From: Chrysomallon squamiferum
Lineage: Eukaryota > Animalia > Mollusca
Assembly: GCA_012295275.1 (NCBI GenBank)
Contig: CM022677.1
Coordinates: 14,818,001 to 14,882,000, forward strand
Length of the DNA: 64,000 nt
Direction: 5' to 3'
The notes below the pieces were generated by a model. The model was given only the letters and a program-made list of their open reading frames with translations. It made no database searches and had not been told where the DNA came from. Shown in pieces: positions 36,443 to 51,000 of this stretch. The position numbers were made by a program, and so were the translations under genes. Within the stretch, counting starts at the first letter, position 1. Every line of letters begins with the position of its first letter.

Positions 36443-39400
36443 ACCTAGACATAACGATAGATACAAATATAGGTTAATACACAATAGAGATAACGATACA
36501 TACAGGTATAGATTAATACACACCTATAGTGAAGAATAGATGTAGATAGATTAATACACACCTAAAGATAACAATAAATTCAGATATGGATTAATACACA
36601 CCTACAGATAACCACAGATAGAGATTTTAGATTAATACACACCTATAGATAACGAGAGATACAGATTTTAGACTGACACACATTATAAATCACGACAGAA
36701 ACAGTTATAAAATTGTTGGCCCCTAAACATAACGATAGATAAATATATAGACTGAAACATACCTATAGAAAATGATAGAAACATATATTGAGTAAAACAC
36801 ACATAAACATAACGATAGATAAATATATAGACTGAAACATACCTATAGAAAATGATAGAAACATATATTGAGTAAAACACACATAAACATAACGATAGAC
36901 ATATCAATTGCTTAATAAATAATGAGACACAGAAAAATATAGTAATATATACCGATATAGATTAATACACACCTGCAGTAACCATATATACATATACAGA
37001 TCAGTACACACCTAAAGATAACGATAGAAACATATATAAATTAATACATAACTACAGATAACTATAGATATAGATATAGAATAATACACGGCTACAGATA
37101 ACGAGAGATACAGATTATAGATTCATACACTCCAATAGATATAGACAGAAACAGATATACTAATTAACACCTAAGAATAATAATAGATTGAAACCTAGCT
37201 ATATAAAATGACAAACATATATAGATTAAAACACACATAAAGATAACGATAGATTTATGAATAGCTTAACAATAATAAATAATGATATATACACATATAG
37301 AAAAACATAATGATATCTACAGATATAGATCAAAACGCAGCTAAAAATAAAGATACATACAGGTATAGATTAATACACACCTAAAGGTAACGATAGATAG
37401 AGATATCGATTAATACAGACGTATAGATAACTATAGACACAGATATAGACTAACACACAGAACCAGACGATTGATTAATACACGTCTGATGATAACGATA
37501 GAAACAGATATAGCTTAATATACACATAGAGATAACAATTGGTAGAGATTTTAGATTAATGCACACCTATAAATCACGAAAGAAACAGACATAAATTAAT
37601 ATACACATAAAATTAACGGAGTCAGATATACAGATAGATACACACTACAGATTACGATAGATAGCTTTATAGACTAATACACACCTATAGACAAGGAACT
37701 CACTACACAGATTGAAACACACCGACAGATAATGATTGATACAGATGTAGGTTAATCAAAAGCTTCAGATAAACAAGACACATATATAGAGATTGAAACA
37801 AACAAATAGATAACGGTCGGTACATAGATTAATTCACACCTACAGATAACGATAGATACAGATATAGATTTATACACATCCACAGAGAAAAAGATACATT
37901 CAGATATAGATGAACAGACACCTACATATAAGCACATACACAGATATATATTAATACACACCTATAGATAAAGATAGATTCAGATAAAGATTCATACACA
38001 CCTATAGATAACGATACTTACATATATAGATTAACAACTACCTAAAGATACATTCAGATATAGATTAATACACACCTACATATAAGCACAGACACAGATA
38101 TATATTAATACACACCTATAGATAAAGATAGATTCAGACAGAGATTCATACACACCTATAGATAACGATACTTACATATATAGATTAACAACTACCTAAA
38201 GATACATTCAGATATAGATTAATACACACCTACATATAAGCACAGACACAGATATATATTAATACACACCTATAGATAAAGATAGATTCAGACAGAGATT
38301 CATACACACCTATAGATAACGATACTTACATATATAGATTAACAACTACCTAAAGATACATTCAGATATAGATTAATACACACCTACATATAAACACAGA
38401 CACAGATATATATTAATACACACCTATAGATAAAGATAGATTCAGACAGAGATTCATACACACCTATAGATAACGATACTTACATATATAGATTAACAAC
38501 TACCTAAAGATACATTCAGATATAGATTAATACACACCTACATATAAGCACAGACACAGATATATATTAATACACACCTATAGATAAAGATAGATTCAGA
38601 CAGAGATTCATACACACCTATAGATAACGATACTTACATATATAGATTAACAACTACCTAAAGATACATTCAGATATAGATTAATACACACCTACATATA
38701 AGCACAGACACAGATATATATTAATACACACCTATAGATAAAGATAGATTCAGATGCAGATTGACACGCACCTAAAGATAACAATAAATACAGATATAAA
38801 TTAATACACACCTGTAGTATCCACGTATACAGATATAGATTAATACACGTCTAAAGATAAAGACAGAAACCGATATAGATTAATATATATATACATGTAG
38901 GTAAAGATAGATAGTTATTTTAGATTAATTCAACGATAACGATAGATTAGAACATATGAACAGAGACATAGAGACATAGATTAATGCATAAATAAATATA
39001 ACGATATATACAGATATAGGTCTATATAGATGGCAATATAAACAGGTACAGATTAATACACATCTACAGATACTAAAAGATACATATATAGGTTAATACA
39101 CACACATAGATAAAGATACCTTTAGATAGAGATTAATACACACCTACGGACAAACATAGATACAGATAAAGATTAATACACACCAAACGATAAGGATAAA
39201 TGCAGATATACATTGACACACACCTAAAGATAAGAACATATATAGACTAACGACACACGTATAAGTAATGCTAATACACACCTAAAGATGACGATAATTA
39301 CAGATTTATATTAGAACTCACCTACAGATAAGGATAGATAGGGATATAGACTAATACACACCTACAGATAACGATTAATGGAGGTATAGATTAATATACA

Positions 39401-40640
39401 TCTACAGATAACCAAACACAGAGATATAGATCGATACAGACCTAAATATAAATACAGAAACAGATATAGACAAATACTCCAACAGATAAGGAAATAAACA
39501 GATATAGAAAATACACAATTAGAGATAACCATTGATACGGATACAGAGCAAAACGCACTAACAGATAGATGCAGATATAGATTAATACACACCTACGATA
39601 ACGATAGCTGGAAATTTTAGATTAATCCAGATCAATAGATACAGTTACCGATTAATAGACACCAAACGATAATAGTAGATACAGATATATACTAATACAC
39701 ACCTACAGATAATTTCAGAAGCAGATACAGATTAATACGCATCTATACGTAACTATAGATAACAATAGATATAGATTAATATACACGCTGATGTAGATAT
39801 ATATTGATACACAGCTATTGATAAAGATAGATACATATATAGATTGATACACACCTACTGATAAAGATACATACATATATAGATTCACACACATATAAAT
39901 ATAGTTTAACAGTTGCGTATAGATAACGAAAATACATACACGGATTGACACACAGATAGGGTCAAATACAGTTATAGATTAACACACACCTACAGGTAGG
40001 TCAAATAAAGTTATGGACTAAAAACACCCTTACAGATAACGGAGACACACACAGATATATATATGTCTCCTTATCTGTTGGAGTATTTGTCTATATCTGT
40101 TTCTGTATTTATATTTATGTCTGTACTAATCAATATCTCTATGTTTGGTTATCTGTAGATGTATATTAATATATATATACATATATATATATATAGATAG
40201 ATAGATAGATAGATACCTACGGATAGCGACAAATACATTTATAGATTAACAAACACGTACATATAACGTAAACAGATATGTAGATAGGTACACATCTACA
40301 GATAAGAATAGATACAGATAAATATTGCTACACAGAAATATGACGATAGATACCCAAAGAGATTAATACAAAGTGACTGATAACGAAGATACAGTTATAG
40401 TTTAATATTGACCTACACATAACGTATATACATTAACAGATTAATGCAAACCTACAGATAGCGATAGATAAAGATACAGATTAATAAACACCTGATATAA
40501 TGATAGATACACAATAATAAGAGATATAAACCAGCAGAAAGTGATATAGATTGTTAACGCTTATAGATAACGATAGCTACAGGAATAGACTGATACACGC
40601 CTACAGATAACGATAGATACAGATATAGATTAATAACATA
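36443..40640 (+). repeat. ~40-bp satellite (ACCTACAGATAACGATAGATACAGATATAGATTAATACAC-like) with a 154-bp higher-order repeat at 37921-38755
   Basis: Monomer read directly. cctacatataaRcac recurs at 37921, 38075, 38229, 38383, 38537 and 38691. A short inverted segment lies at about 40064-40170. Confidence 0.93.
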
Positions 40641-40820
40641 GATACAGATAAAAATAAACAAAAAGCAAAAAAACAAAACAAACTCAGATCTCTTAGTCTG
40701 ATATAGCATAGTAACAACGGAAATTGTAAAATAAGTTTTTTTTTCTTATTTGCTATGTGTCGTATACTGTTTGAACTCAAAGTAAATTTTAGATGATTCC
40801 TCACCATTGTTTTAATAAAT

Positions 40821-40942
40821 TGTACCTAAAATGCAGCGACACGGAGTCACCTGGTGAGTGATGACACCCCCACCTCGTAGTGGCTAATACGGTAATTTGT
40901 ACTTGAAAATGCATTACCGGGGGACTGTTCACCATAGGTACA
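40821..40942. ncRNA. Candidate structured ncRNA or DNA element, 122 nt, copy 1
   Basis: Nested stems TGTACCTA/TAGGTACA, TGGTGA/TCACCA, CCC/GGG, CCAC/GTGG and CGGTAAT/ATTACCG. Only 2 differences from copy 2, both within one hairpin loop. Confidence 0.45.
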
Positions 40943-41094
40943 CATTTTTATTTAAGAATATAATTATTTCAATAATAATAATAATAATAATAAAATAAAA
41001 ATAAAAAAGAACGACTATTTCATGGGAAACAAAATAATTCTTATTCTTTCGCAATGACATACATTTAATCAACTTACTAAATTTCATAATAAGC

Positions 41095-41125
<31 letters not shown>

Positions 41126-41316
41126 AACCCCAAATATTTTCATTTTCATTTCAAGGTGACGATAAAATCTGGCTTTACTACTAATACTACTACTACTAAT
41201 AGTAAATAAATAAATAAATTAATAAATAAAAATAAAACATAAACAAAAGGAATTATTGACAGCTCAAACTGGGAGGTTGTTATGACACATTCAGTGCGGC
41301 CGAAGTAAAAGCGCTA

Positions 41317-43690
41317 ATGAATATTCATAACAGTACGTTTGACGTCACATAGTTCTGACCTATATTTCATAATGGCGGAAAGAAAGACATTTTCTATGAG
41401 TGAATATTATCCAGTTTTACGTCAGTTCACGTTATGGATACTTCTGTGAGATGGAAGACGTTAACGAAGTCGTCAGTGAGATTTGTTATGCCGCAGTAAC
41501 TTTATTTTCACTCACTAGAACGACCAGATTTAGTTTTTCTGTAGATGGTGAGTCACCGAAAACAACAACGCGAACATTGTGTGTTTGTTTAGAAAGTAAT
41601 TAATACTGTTAATTATAGGATTAATAAAATAATAAAACGATATACTTGAAAAAAGAAAAACGTTTTATGTATAAATATGTGCGGGAGTGTGTCTGTGTAT
41701 GTGTGTGTGTGTCTTTGCTATTTAAATAATACCACTGACACAGCAATGTAACTTACTAGTCTGATGAACTAACTATATTTGCATTTGCGTAAACCACAAA
41801 GAAATAATGAAAATATTAATGAAAACTGCATCAAGCATGGTTTTATTATTAATGGGGTGGATGCTCTCTCTCTCTCTGTGTGTGTGACTGCTGTCATGAA
41901 ATAAGGAAATTAATGTTTGACTTTTGATTCCAGAATTAAATAGAATCTGTTTGTAATTCAGTATACAGAATATTTATTTATAATTTTAATTTTTAAATTT
42001 TACAATAAAATATCATGAATATTCCACAAATTCCTTAACACAAATCATGTTACTGATTAAATAAACACACGAACAATAAATCTTAAAAATCTGTTTTATG
42101 TTTTAATTTTCTAGGACTCCCATCATGCCCAGACAAGAGAGCAACAAGAATCAACATCAACATCATGACTAAATACTGTCTTGTCCATCACATCACTGGG
42201 GTCAAGGACGTTGTCTTGTTTCCTAATACAACAATGTAATGGAATCATCTGCTAATTTGTTACAAATATTTATTAACTAATTTCTTACCTTCTGAACTAA
42301 TTACGATAATAATATTTTATCAGCAATTATCATAATAATAATTTATCTGCTGACAAAGTAGATTGTGTTTTGTGGTTGTAATTTAATATAATTTAATATG
42401 GTATTTGTTAAATAAATATTTTTGCTGAAGGAACTCAGTGTATAACTGGGAATGTTATTTAGAAAAAAACTAAAAAATTCTATGTTATTTTATATCAACT
42501 GCTAAAATGTTCTATAGATCATGGAAATATGTTAAGTAAAATCAGACATCACAAAATCCTGTAAGACATGCTATTGTTTTAACTGAAATAACATATTTTT
42601 ACATCAGCACCATGTAACACTAAAAGTGCACAGATCAATTCATTTCTGATTTAGTGTCAAAATGGAACCAACTGTCATCCTATTACTATTGAATAAGTCC
42701 AGATGTAATTTTAGATGATTGATTTACAAAATGCATGTTTCATGGGAAAACAAAAACCATCTACTTAAATATATTTATAAGGTTTTTAATATTTGTGTCA
42801 CATTGAGATAATGCAAAATGTTTTTGCTTTTATTTCAGATTAAAGATGGCTGACAATGAAAGAAAATTAGCTGACAAGTTATCTAATGACTGACAGAAGT
42901 TGAAACAGGAGAAAATGTTCCAATCTTGTAGGTTAAAAATATGTAGCACTGTTTTCTTGTATATAATTTTTATGTTCATGATTTGATAAATAAGTAAGTG
43001 TTTATTGAATTTAAATACAGACATTGAATGAGAGAAGAAAAAAAAAAGATTATGAATTCAGAAAAAAATGTTAAACCTGAGATATCAATGTCAACTTTAT
43101 TCTGTCTTTTGTGAAAATTTGGATTCATGCTTGATGTAAACGTGTATATGTGGCAAATATGTAAATAATTTCTAAATGTGGATGTTTAGAAATTATATTG
43201 TGATATTAGAAAGTTGATATTAACTGCAATTAATTATTTTTCAGAAAGTTGTTAATGTATGATGTTGTGCCAGTCTCCCACACATCAAAATATTCTACAG
43301 ATGAAGAACAACGTGCAAGACAAAAATCACTTTCTGATCAGTGGCCAACAGCAAAGTGAATGTAACACTGACATAGGAACAGTTGGATGGACTGTGATGT
43401 ATGTTCATCTGGTGTTTGTGCAAACATCTGTCACAAATATTTGGGGGAAATTTGTGTGTATAATTTGTACACTGCAATATTATTAATTTCACTGGAATCT
43501 AATTTTGTTGTTGTATTTTTAGTTTTCCTCAGTTTTGTATTTACTATCCTGCCATTCAGCATTTCTCAAATGTTTTGTTTTCATGGAATCCATATAGAGT
43601 TTAGTCATCATCATCTTTGCAATAACATATATTTGACATCAACTGTCTTGCTGTTTCTGTTCTTTATTGTATATTTAGCATTAATAAAAA
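41317..43690 (+). ncRNA. Candidate spliced lncRNA or pseudogene within unit copy 1 (exons to 41547, 42115-42235, 42839 to about 42931, 43245 to about 43690)
   Basis: Promoter motifs ATGAATATTCAT (41317-41328), TGACGTCA (41340-41347) and YY1-like AATGGCGG (41371-41378). Donor G|GTGAGT at 41548, tttcag/ttctag acceptors, AATAAA at about 43683. The last exon has a frameshifted PHD-like remnant (WMDCDVC...FVCIIC). Confidence 0.45.
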
Positions 43691-44121
43691 TAAACTTTTA
43701 CACAAGTGAAAGAATTGTGTTGTAAATTTTAATTTTTCTACACAGCAATTTACAGTGATGTATGCTGTGAACTTCAGGTGAGTTATGTGAATCATCTCAG
43801 AGAAATTCAAAGCTGAAAATTCCATAGAACAGAAAAAACAAAACAAAAACACTATGGTTCCAAAACAAATAAATAAATAAATAAAGATAAAAAATAATAA
43901 TAATAATAAATAAATAAATAGATAAAAAAAAACAAAACAAACATAGATAAATACATTAATAAATAAAGACTATGTTTCTGAATAGATTTTTACGGTGGTT
44001 TCTCTTGTTTGTGGTATTTGTTGCTGTGCGCATTGTTGTTGAATCAATACTGGAAGCAAACTTAACCTAATAACTAATATTTTAAAACTATTTTTATTCC
44101 TGTATAAAATATACAAGCTTT

Positions 44122-44252
44122 CCGCCATTTAAACCAATAACGTCACATTCGGTAATTTCCGTATTTCTGGCGGATACAAATATGACGTCAACAATTGAAC
44201 TCAGTGTGACTCGATCGCTTGCTTGGAGAAAGACGTCGTTCTGAAGGTGAAT
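44122..44252. promoter_or_regulatory. Putative bidirectional promoter near the right end of the unit (paralog about 58685-58815)
   Basis: YY1-like CCGCCATTT (44122-44130), CCAAT (44134-44138), TGACGTCA (44183-44190) and a plus-strand donor at 44247. Copy 2 has a minus-strand donor (acttacc at about 58623). Confidence 0.45.
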
Positions 44253-44739
44253 GTGATTGTTAATTCTGTTTTTAATTTTTAGACTAATATTTCTGTGTTT
44301 AGCAATTCTTGGATTACTAAGTCAGTGTGTTTACTAATTCTTGGATTATTAAGTACTGGATTATTTACTCTGTTGTTACTAATTCTGCTGGATATTGTCC
44401 GTGAGTACAAAAAACTAATTCTGTTTTGTTTTGTTTTTCAGAGACTTGATCTAAATGCTCATTCAGCATACTAGAAATAAACTGTGGTTCTCGATCGGAA
44501 ATTAATTTTCAAAATTGGTATTTTTACATCAAATTTGGCATAATCCGATCTATATTATATTGGCTAACCATCTAAATTTGCGTCTAAATTATAGCATAAC
44601 TTTTTATTATTATTATTTTTTTTAATGTTTTTTGTTTTGATGACGCTTCTAAATTTAATAATAATTATTATGATAGTTACTTAGTAAACAGTATACGACA
44701 CAAAGCAAATAATCATTTAATAAATTTTTAGATATTATA

Positions 44740-47700
44740 GACACACATATACGCATACAGATATAGATTCATACACGCCTACATATAAGTATATATGCAT
44801 ATATCGATTGTACGCACATACAGATAATAAGACATACACATATAGATAGATAAACAGCCACGCATATATAAAGACATAGACTGATGCATATCTGTAGATA
44901 AGAAAGAAACATAGATACATTGATAAACTAGTACAGACGATAGATTGACTTTGAAAAAATCTCCACATACCGATAGAAACAGATATAGATTGATAAACAC
45001 CTGGAGACAGCGATATATGCAGGTACAGACTGAGATTTGTATATACAGATAACACATATAGACTGAAACACACAGATAACGATATATATAGATAGAGATT
45101 TATACACATGAAAATACAGATACAGGTTGATAAACACTGACAGGGTAACAATACATACAAACATAGATTAATACACAGCTACAGACACCGAAAACTCATA
45201 TACAGAATGATATGCACGTACAGATAACGATAGAGATTGATATATATACAGAATGGTAACAGATAGTGAAAAAATCTATACACGCCTACAAATTACCTTT
45301 AGTAACAGGTATGGATTAATGCACACCTACAGACAAAATAAGACACATAATAGAGATTGATAGGTATCTACATTTAACGATAGAAACAGACTGTAGACTA
45401 ATACAAACCTACAAATTACCTTAGATATAGACTGATACACAGTTACAGATAAGGGTAGATAGATATACATTGATAAACACCTACAGATAAAGACAGATAC
45501 AGATATATATTGAGAAACACCTATAGATAAGATAAATATAGATACAGACCGGCACCCCCCTAGGGATAACGATATTTACAGACATAGTGTACTAGATATA
45601 TACAGATAACGAACACACATGTACACACGCCTAAAGATAACGATAGATACAGTTACACACCAACAGAATGCGATAGATAGAGCTATGGTCTAACACACAG
45701 CTACAGATAAGGAAGACACTGTAAAGATGAAACACACCGACAGATACTGATAGATACAGATATAGATTAATAAAACAAAAATACAGATAACGAACACACA
45801 TGTACACACGTCTAAAGATAACGATATATACAGTTATAGATTAATGTACATCTACCATTAACGCAGACAGATATATAGACATATACACACCAACATAATG
45901 CGATAGATAGACACACAGAGCTACAGATAACGAAGACACATATATAGAGAAGATACAACCAGCAGATAACGGCAGATAAAGGCATAGATTAATACACACC
46001 TAAAGATAACGTATACACATTAATACACACCTACAGATAACGATAGACACCGATATAGACTGATACATACCTAGAAATAGTGATAAATACAGATACAGGT
46101 TGATATATACCCACAGATAACGATATCTACAGACATAGGTTAATTCAATTCTACAGATAACCAAGAAACAGATATAGACAGACACACACCTTCGGATAAC
46201 GATATATACAGATATAGATTAATACACACTTAAATATAGCGATAGATAAGGAACAGATTAATACGCAACTGGAGATAGCGATATATCCAGATATAGACTG
46301 ACACACACCTGTAGATAACGATAGATTATAGATTAATACAAACCTAAAAATAGGGACAGATAAATATATAGACTAATACACACATAAAGATAAAGCTAGA
46401 TACATATACAGATTAATAAACACCTATTAATAATGACAAATACAAATATAGATAAAGATAACGCTATATACAGATAGAGATTAATCAACATATACGGATA
46501 ACGACACATAGAGATATATATTAATAAACACCTAAAGATAACGATAGATGCAGGTATAGATTAATAAACACCTAAAGATAACGATAGATACAGGTATAGA
46601 TTAATAAACACCTAAAGATTACGATAGATACAGGTATAGATGAATAAACACCTAAAGATAACGATAGATACAGATATTGATTAATACACATCTAAAGATA
46701 ACGATAAATAGAGATATAGATTAATACGCACCAAAAGATAACGATATATACAGATATAGATTAATAAGCACCTAAACATAACGACAGATATAGATATTGA
46801 TATATACACTCCTAAAGATAACGATAAATAGAGATATAGATTAATACACACCTAAAGATAACGATAAATGTATATATAGATTAATACACTCCTAAAGATA
46901 ACGATAAATACAGATACTGATTAATACACACCTGAAGATAATGATAAATAGATATATAGATTAATACACACGTAAAGATAACGATTGATACACATATCAA
47001 ATAATACCCTCCTATAGATCACGACTGAAACAGATATAGTTTAATATACACCTTTAGATGATTACAGATGGAGATATATACATTATATACACACAAAAAA
47101 ATAAGGATAGATACAGATAAATTAATAGACACTTGCAGATAACGAGATATTCAGATATAGATTAATACAAACCAAAAGATAACGATAGATACAGAAATAG
47201 AGTAGAATACATTTTAATACACACCTACAGAAAACGATATACAGGGATTTTAGATTAATACACACCTAAATATAAAGATTAACACAAATATAGATTAATG
47301 CAGACCTGTAGATAACGATAAATACACATATAGATTAACACACAGATAAAGATAACGATAGCTATAGATTAATACACACCTACAGATAACGATGTATACA
47401 GATATTGGCTGATATACACCTATAAATGACGATAGAAAGAGATACAGATTAATACACACCAAAAGATAACCATAGATTCAAATACAGAATAACACATACC
47501 TGAAGATAACGATAGATACAGATATAAATTAACACCACACCTCTATGGATGACTATAGAAAGAGACATAAATTAAAACAAGCCTATAGATAAAGATACAC
47601 ACATATATAAATTAATACACGCCTACAGATAACAATAAATATAGACTAATATACACCTATAGATAAAGATAGATACTGACATAGATTAATACACGCCTAA

Positions 47701-47964
47701 AGATAACGACAGAATCAGATATAGATTAACACAACACACCTATAGATAAGGAAGACAGACATATGGATTCATATATTCGTGCATATAACGCATAGACAGA
47801 GACTGTAGATGAATGCACACCTTCATAATACGAAGAGACATACACAGATTGACAGATACTACAAATAACGACAGACACAGATATAGATTAACCCACAGCT
47901 GCAGATTACGAGTATACATATATATAGATTGACAGACACCCCTACAGATACCGGAGACATATAT

Positions 47965-48042
<78 letters not shown>

Positions 48043-51000
48043 TGATAGATACACAGATGCGCACACAGCTTGATGACAATAGACACACAGATTATAAAAC
48101 AGTCTTTGATAATGACGATACAGACATAGACAAATACGCACCTACATATAACGTATACACATTAACAGAATAATGGATACTAGAGGTGGCGATAGATATG
48201 TATAGACAGATTAATAAACACCGACTATGATAATAGATACACATACTGGGTGATACATACCAACAAAAAGCAAGATATACTGATATAGACTGATACGAAC
48301 CTACAGATAACGATAGTTACAGACACTGTTTAATACACACTTTCAAATAACGAAGACCAATACACAGATAAACACCTACAGATAGCCATTGATATAGACA
48401 TGAACATACTTACACCTAGAGATCGATATAGAGACATATATAGATTGATAAACATCTAGATAACAATAGATATATAGTTTGATAAAAACCGACAGATAAC
48501 GATAGATACAGATACAGATAGATAAACATCTACAGATAACAATAGATAAATACTTTGATAAAAACCGACAGATAACGATAGATATAGATATAGTTTCATA
48601 AACACCTGTAGATAACGATAGATACAGATACAGATAGATACACACCTACAGATAACAGTAGATACAGATACAGAGAGATAAACATCTATAGATAACAATA
48701 GATACAGATATAGTTTGATAAACACATGCAGATAACGATAGATACACATACAGATAGATAAACACCTACAGATAATAATAGATACAGATACAGATAGATA
48801 AACACCTACAGACAACGATAGATACAGATACAGATCGATAAACACCTACAGATAAGAATAGATACTGATAGGGATAGATAAACACCTACATATAACAATA
48901 CATACAGATACAGATAGATACACACCAACAGATAACAATAGGTACAGATACAGATAGATAAACATATACAGATAACGATACACACAGATACAGATAGATA
49001 AACACATACAGATTACGACAGACACAGATACAGATAGATAAACACCTACAGATAACAATAGACACAGATACAGAAATATAAACACCTACAGATAACAACA
49101 GACACAGATACAGATAGATAAACACCTACAGATAACAATAGACACAGATACAGATAGATAAACACCTACTGATAACAATAAATACAGATAGATCAACACC
49201 TACAGATAAGGATAGATACAGATACAGATAGATAAACACCTACTGATAACAATAAATACAGATAGATAAACATCTACATATAAGAATAGATACAGATACA
49301 GATAGATAAACACCTACAGATAACAATAAATACAGATAGATAAACATCTACAGATAACGATAGATACAGATACAGATAGATAAACACCTACAGATAACAA
49401 TAGACACAGATACAGAAATATAAACACCTACAAATAACGATAGTCACAGATACAGATAGATAAACACCTACAGATAACAATAGACACAGATACAGATAGA
49501 TACACACCTACTGATAACGATAGACACAGATACAGATAGATCAACACCTACAGATAAGGATAGATACAGATACAGATAGATAAACACCTACTGATAACGA
49601 TAGATACAGATATAGATAGATAAACACCTATAGATAACGATAGACACAGACACAGATAGATAAACACCTGTAGATAACGATAAACACAGATACAGATAGA
49701 TAAACACCCCCTGATAACGATAGATACAGATATAGATAGATAAACACCTACAGATAACGATAGATATAGATACAGATAGATACACACCTACAGATAACAA
49801 TAGATACAGATATAGTTTGATAAACACATGCACATAACGATAGATACGGATACAGTTTGATAAACACCTGTAGATAATGATAGATAGAGATATAGATTAA
49901 TAAACACCTCTAGATAACGATAGATACAGTTACAGATAGATAAACATCTACAGATAACGATAGATACAGATAGATAAACACCTACAGAAAATAGATACAG
50001 ATACAGATAGATAAACATCTACATATAACAACAGATACAGATACAAATAGATAAACATCTCCAGATAACGATAGACACAGATACAGATAGATAAACACCT
50101 ACAGAATAGAACAGACACAGATACAGATAGATAAACAGCTACAGATAACAATAGATACAGACAGATAAACATCTACAGATAACAATAGACACAGACACAC
50201 ATATATAAACACCTACAGATAACGATAGATACACATACAGATAGATAAACACCTACTGATAACGATAGATACAGATATAGATAGATAAAGACCTACAGAT
50301 AACGATAGATACAGATAAATATAGATAAACACCTGTAGATAACGATAGACACAGATACAGATAGATAAACACCTACTGATAATGATAGATACATATATAG
50401 ATAGATAAACACCTACAGATAACGATAGATACAGATATAGATAGATAAACACCTACAGATAACGATAGATAGAGATACAGATAGATAAACACCTACAGAT
50501 AAGGATAGATACAGATATAGTTTGATAAACACATGCAGATAACGATAGATACAGATACAGATAGATACACACCTACAGATAACAATAGATACAGATATAG
50601 TTTGATAAACACATGCACATAACGATAGATACAGATACAGTTTGATAAACACCTGTAGATAATGATAGATACAGATATAGATTAATAAACACCTCTAGAT
50701 AACGATAGATACAGTTACAGATAGATAAACATCTACAGATAACGATAGATACAGATAGATAAACACCTACAGAAAATAGATACAGATACAGATAGATAAA
50801 CATCTACATATAACAACAGATACAGATACAAATAGATAAACATCTCCAGATAACGATAGACACAGATACAGATAGATAAACAGCTACAGATAACAATAGA
50901 TACAGACAGATAAACATCTACAGATAACAATAGACACAGACACACATATATAAACACCTACAGATAACGATAGATACACATACAGATAGATAAACACCTA

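Larger units (their letters stand above)
40746..44712. mobile_element. ~4-kb unit bounded by inverted repeats, copy 1 (putative non-autonomous or Pack-type TIR element)
   Basis: TTATTTGCTATGTGTCGTATACTGTTT (40746-40772) vs AAACAGTATACGACACAAAGCAAATAA (44686-44712): 26 of 27 positions complementary, with degenerate extension inward. Second copy at 54642-59225. No transposase ORF and no clear TSD. Confidence 0.6.

Noticed and set aside
36171-36539. ORFs spanning X runs
   Set aside because: Artefacts of the N gap.
40852-40934. Canonical C/D snoRNA, U1 snRNA, or hammerhead/twister ribozyme
   Set aside because: The D box reads CTGT rather than CTGA, the U1 similarity is limited to GGGGGACTG, and the catalytic cores (CUGAUGA with GAAA; the twister AAGC loop) are absent.
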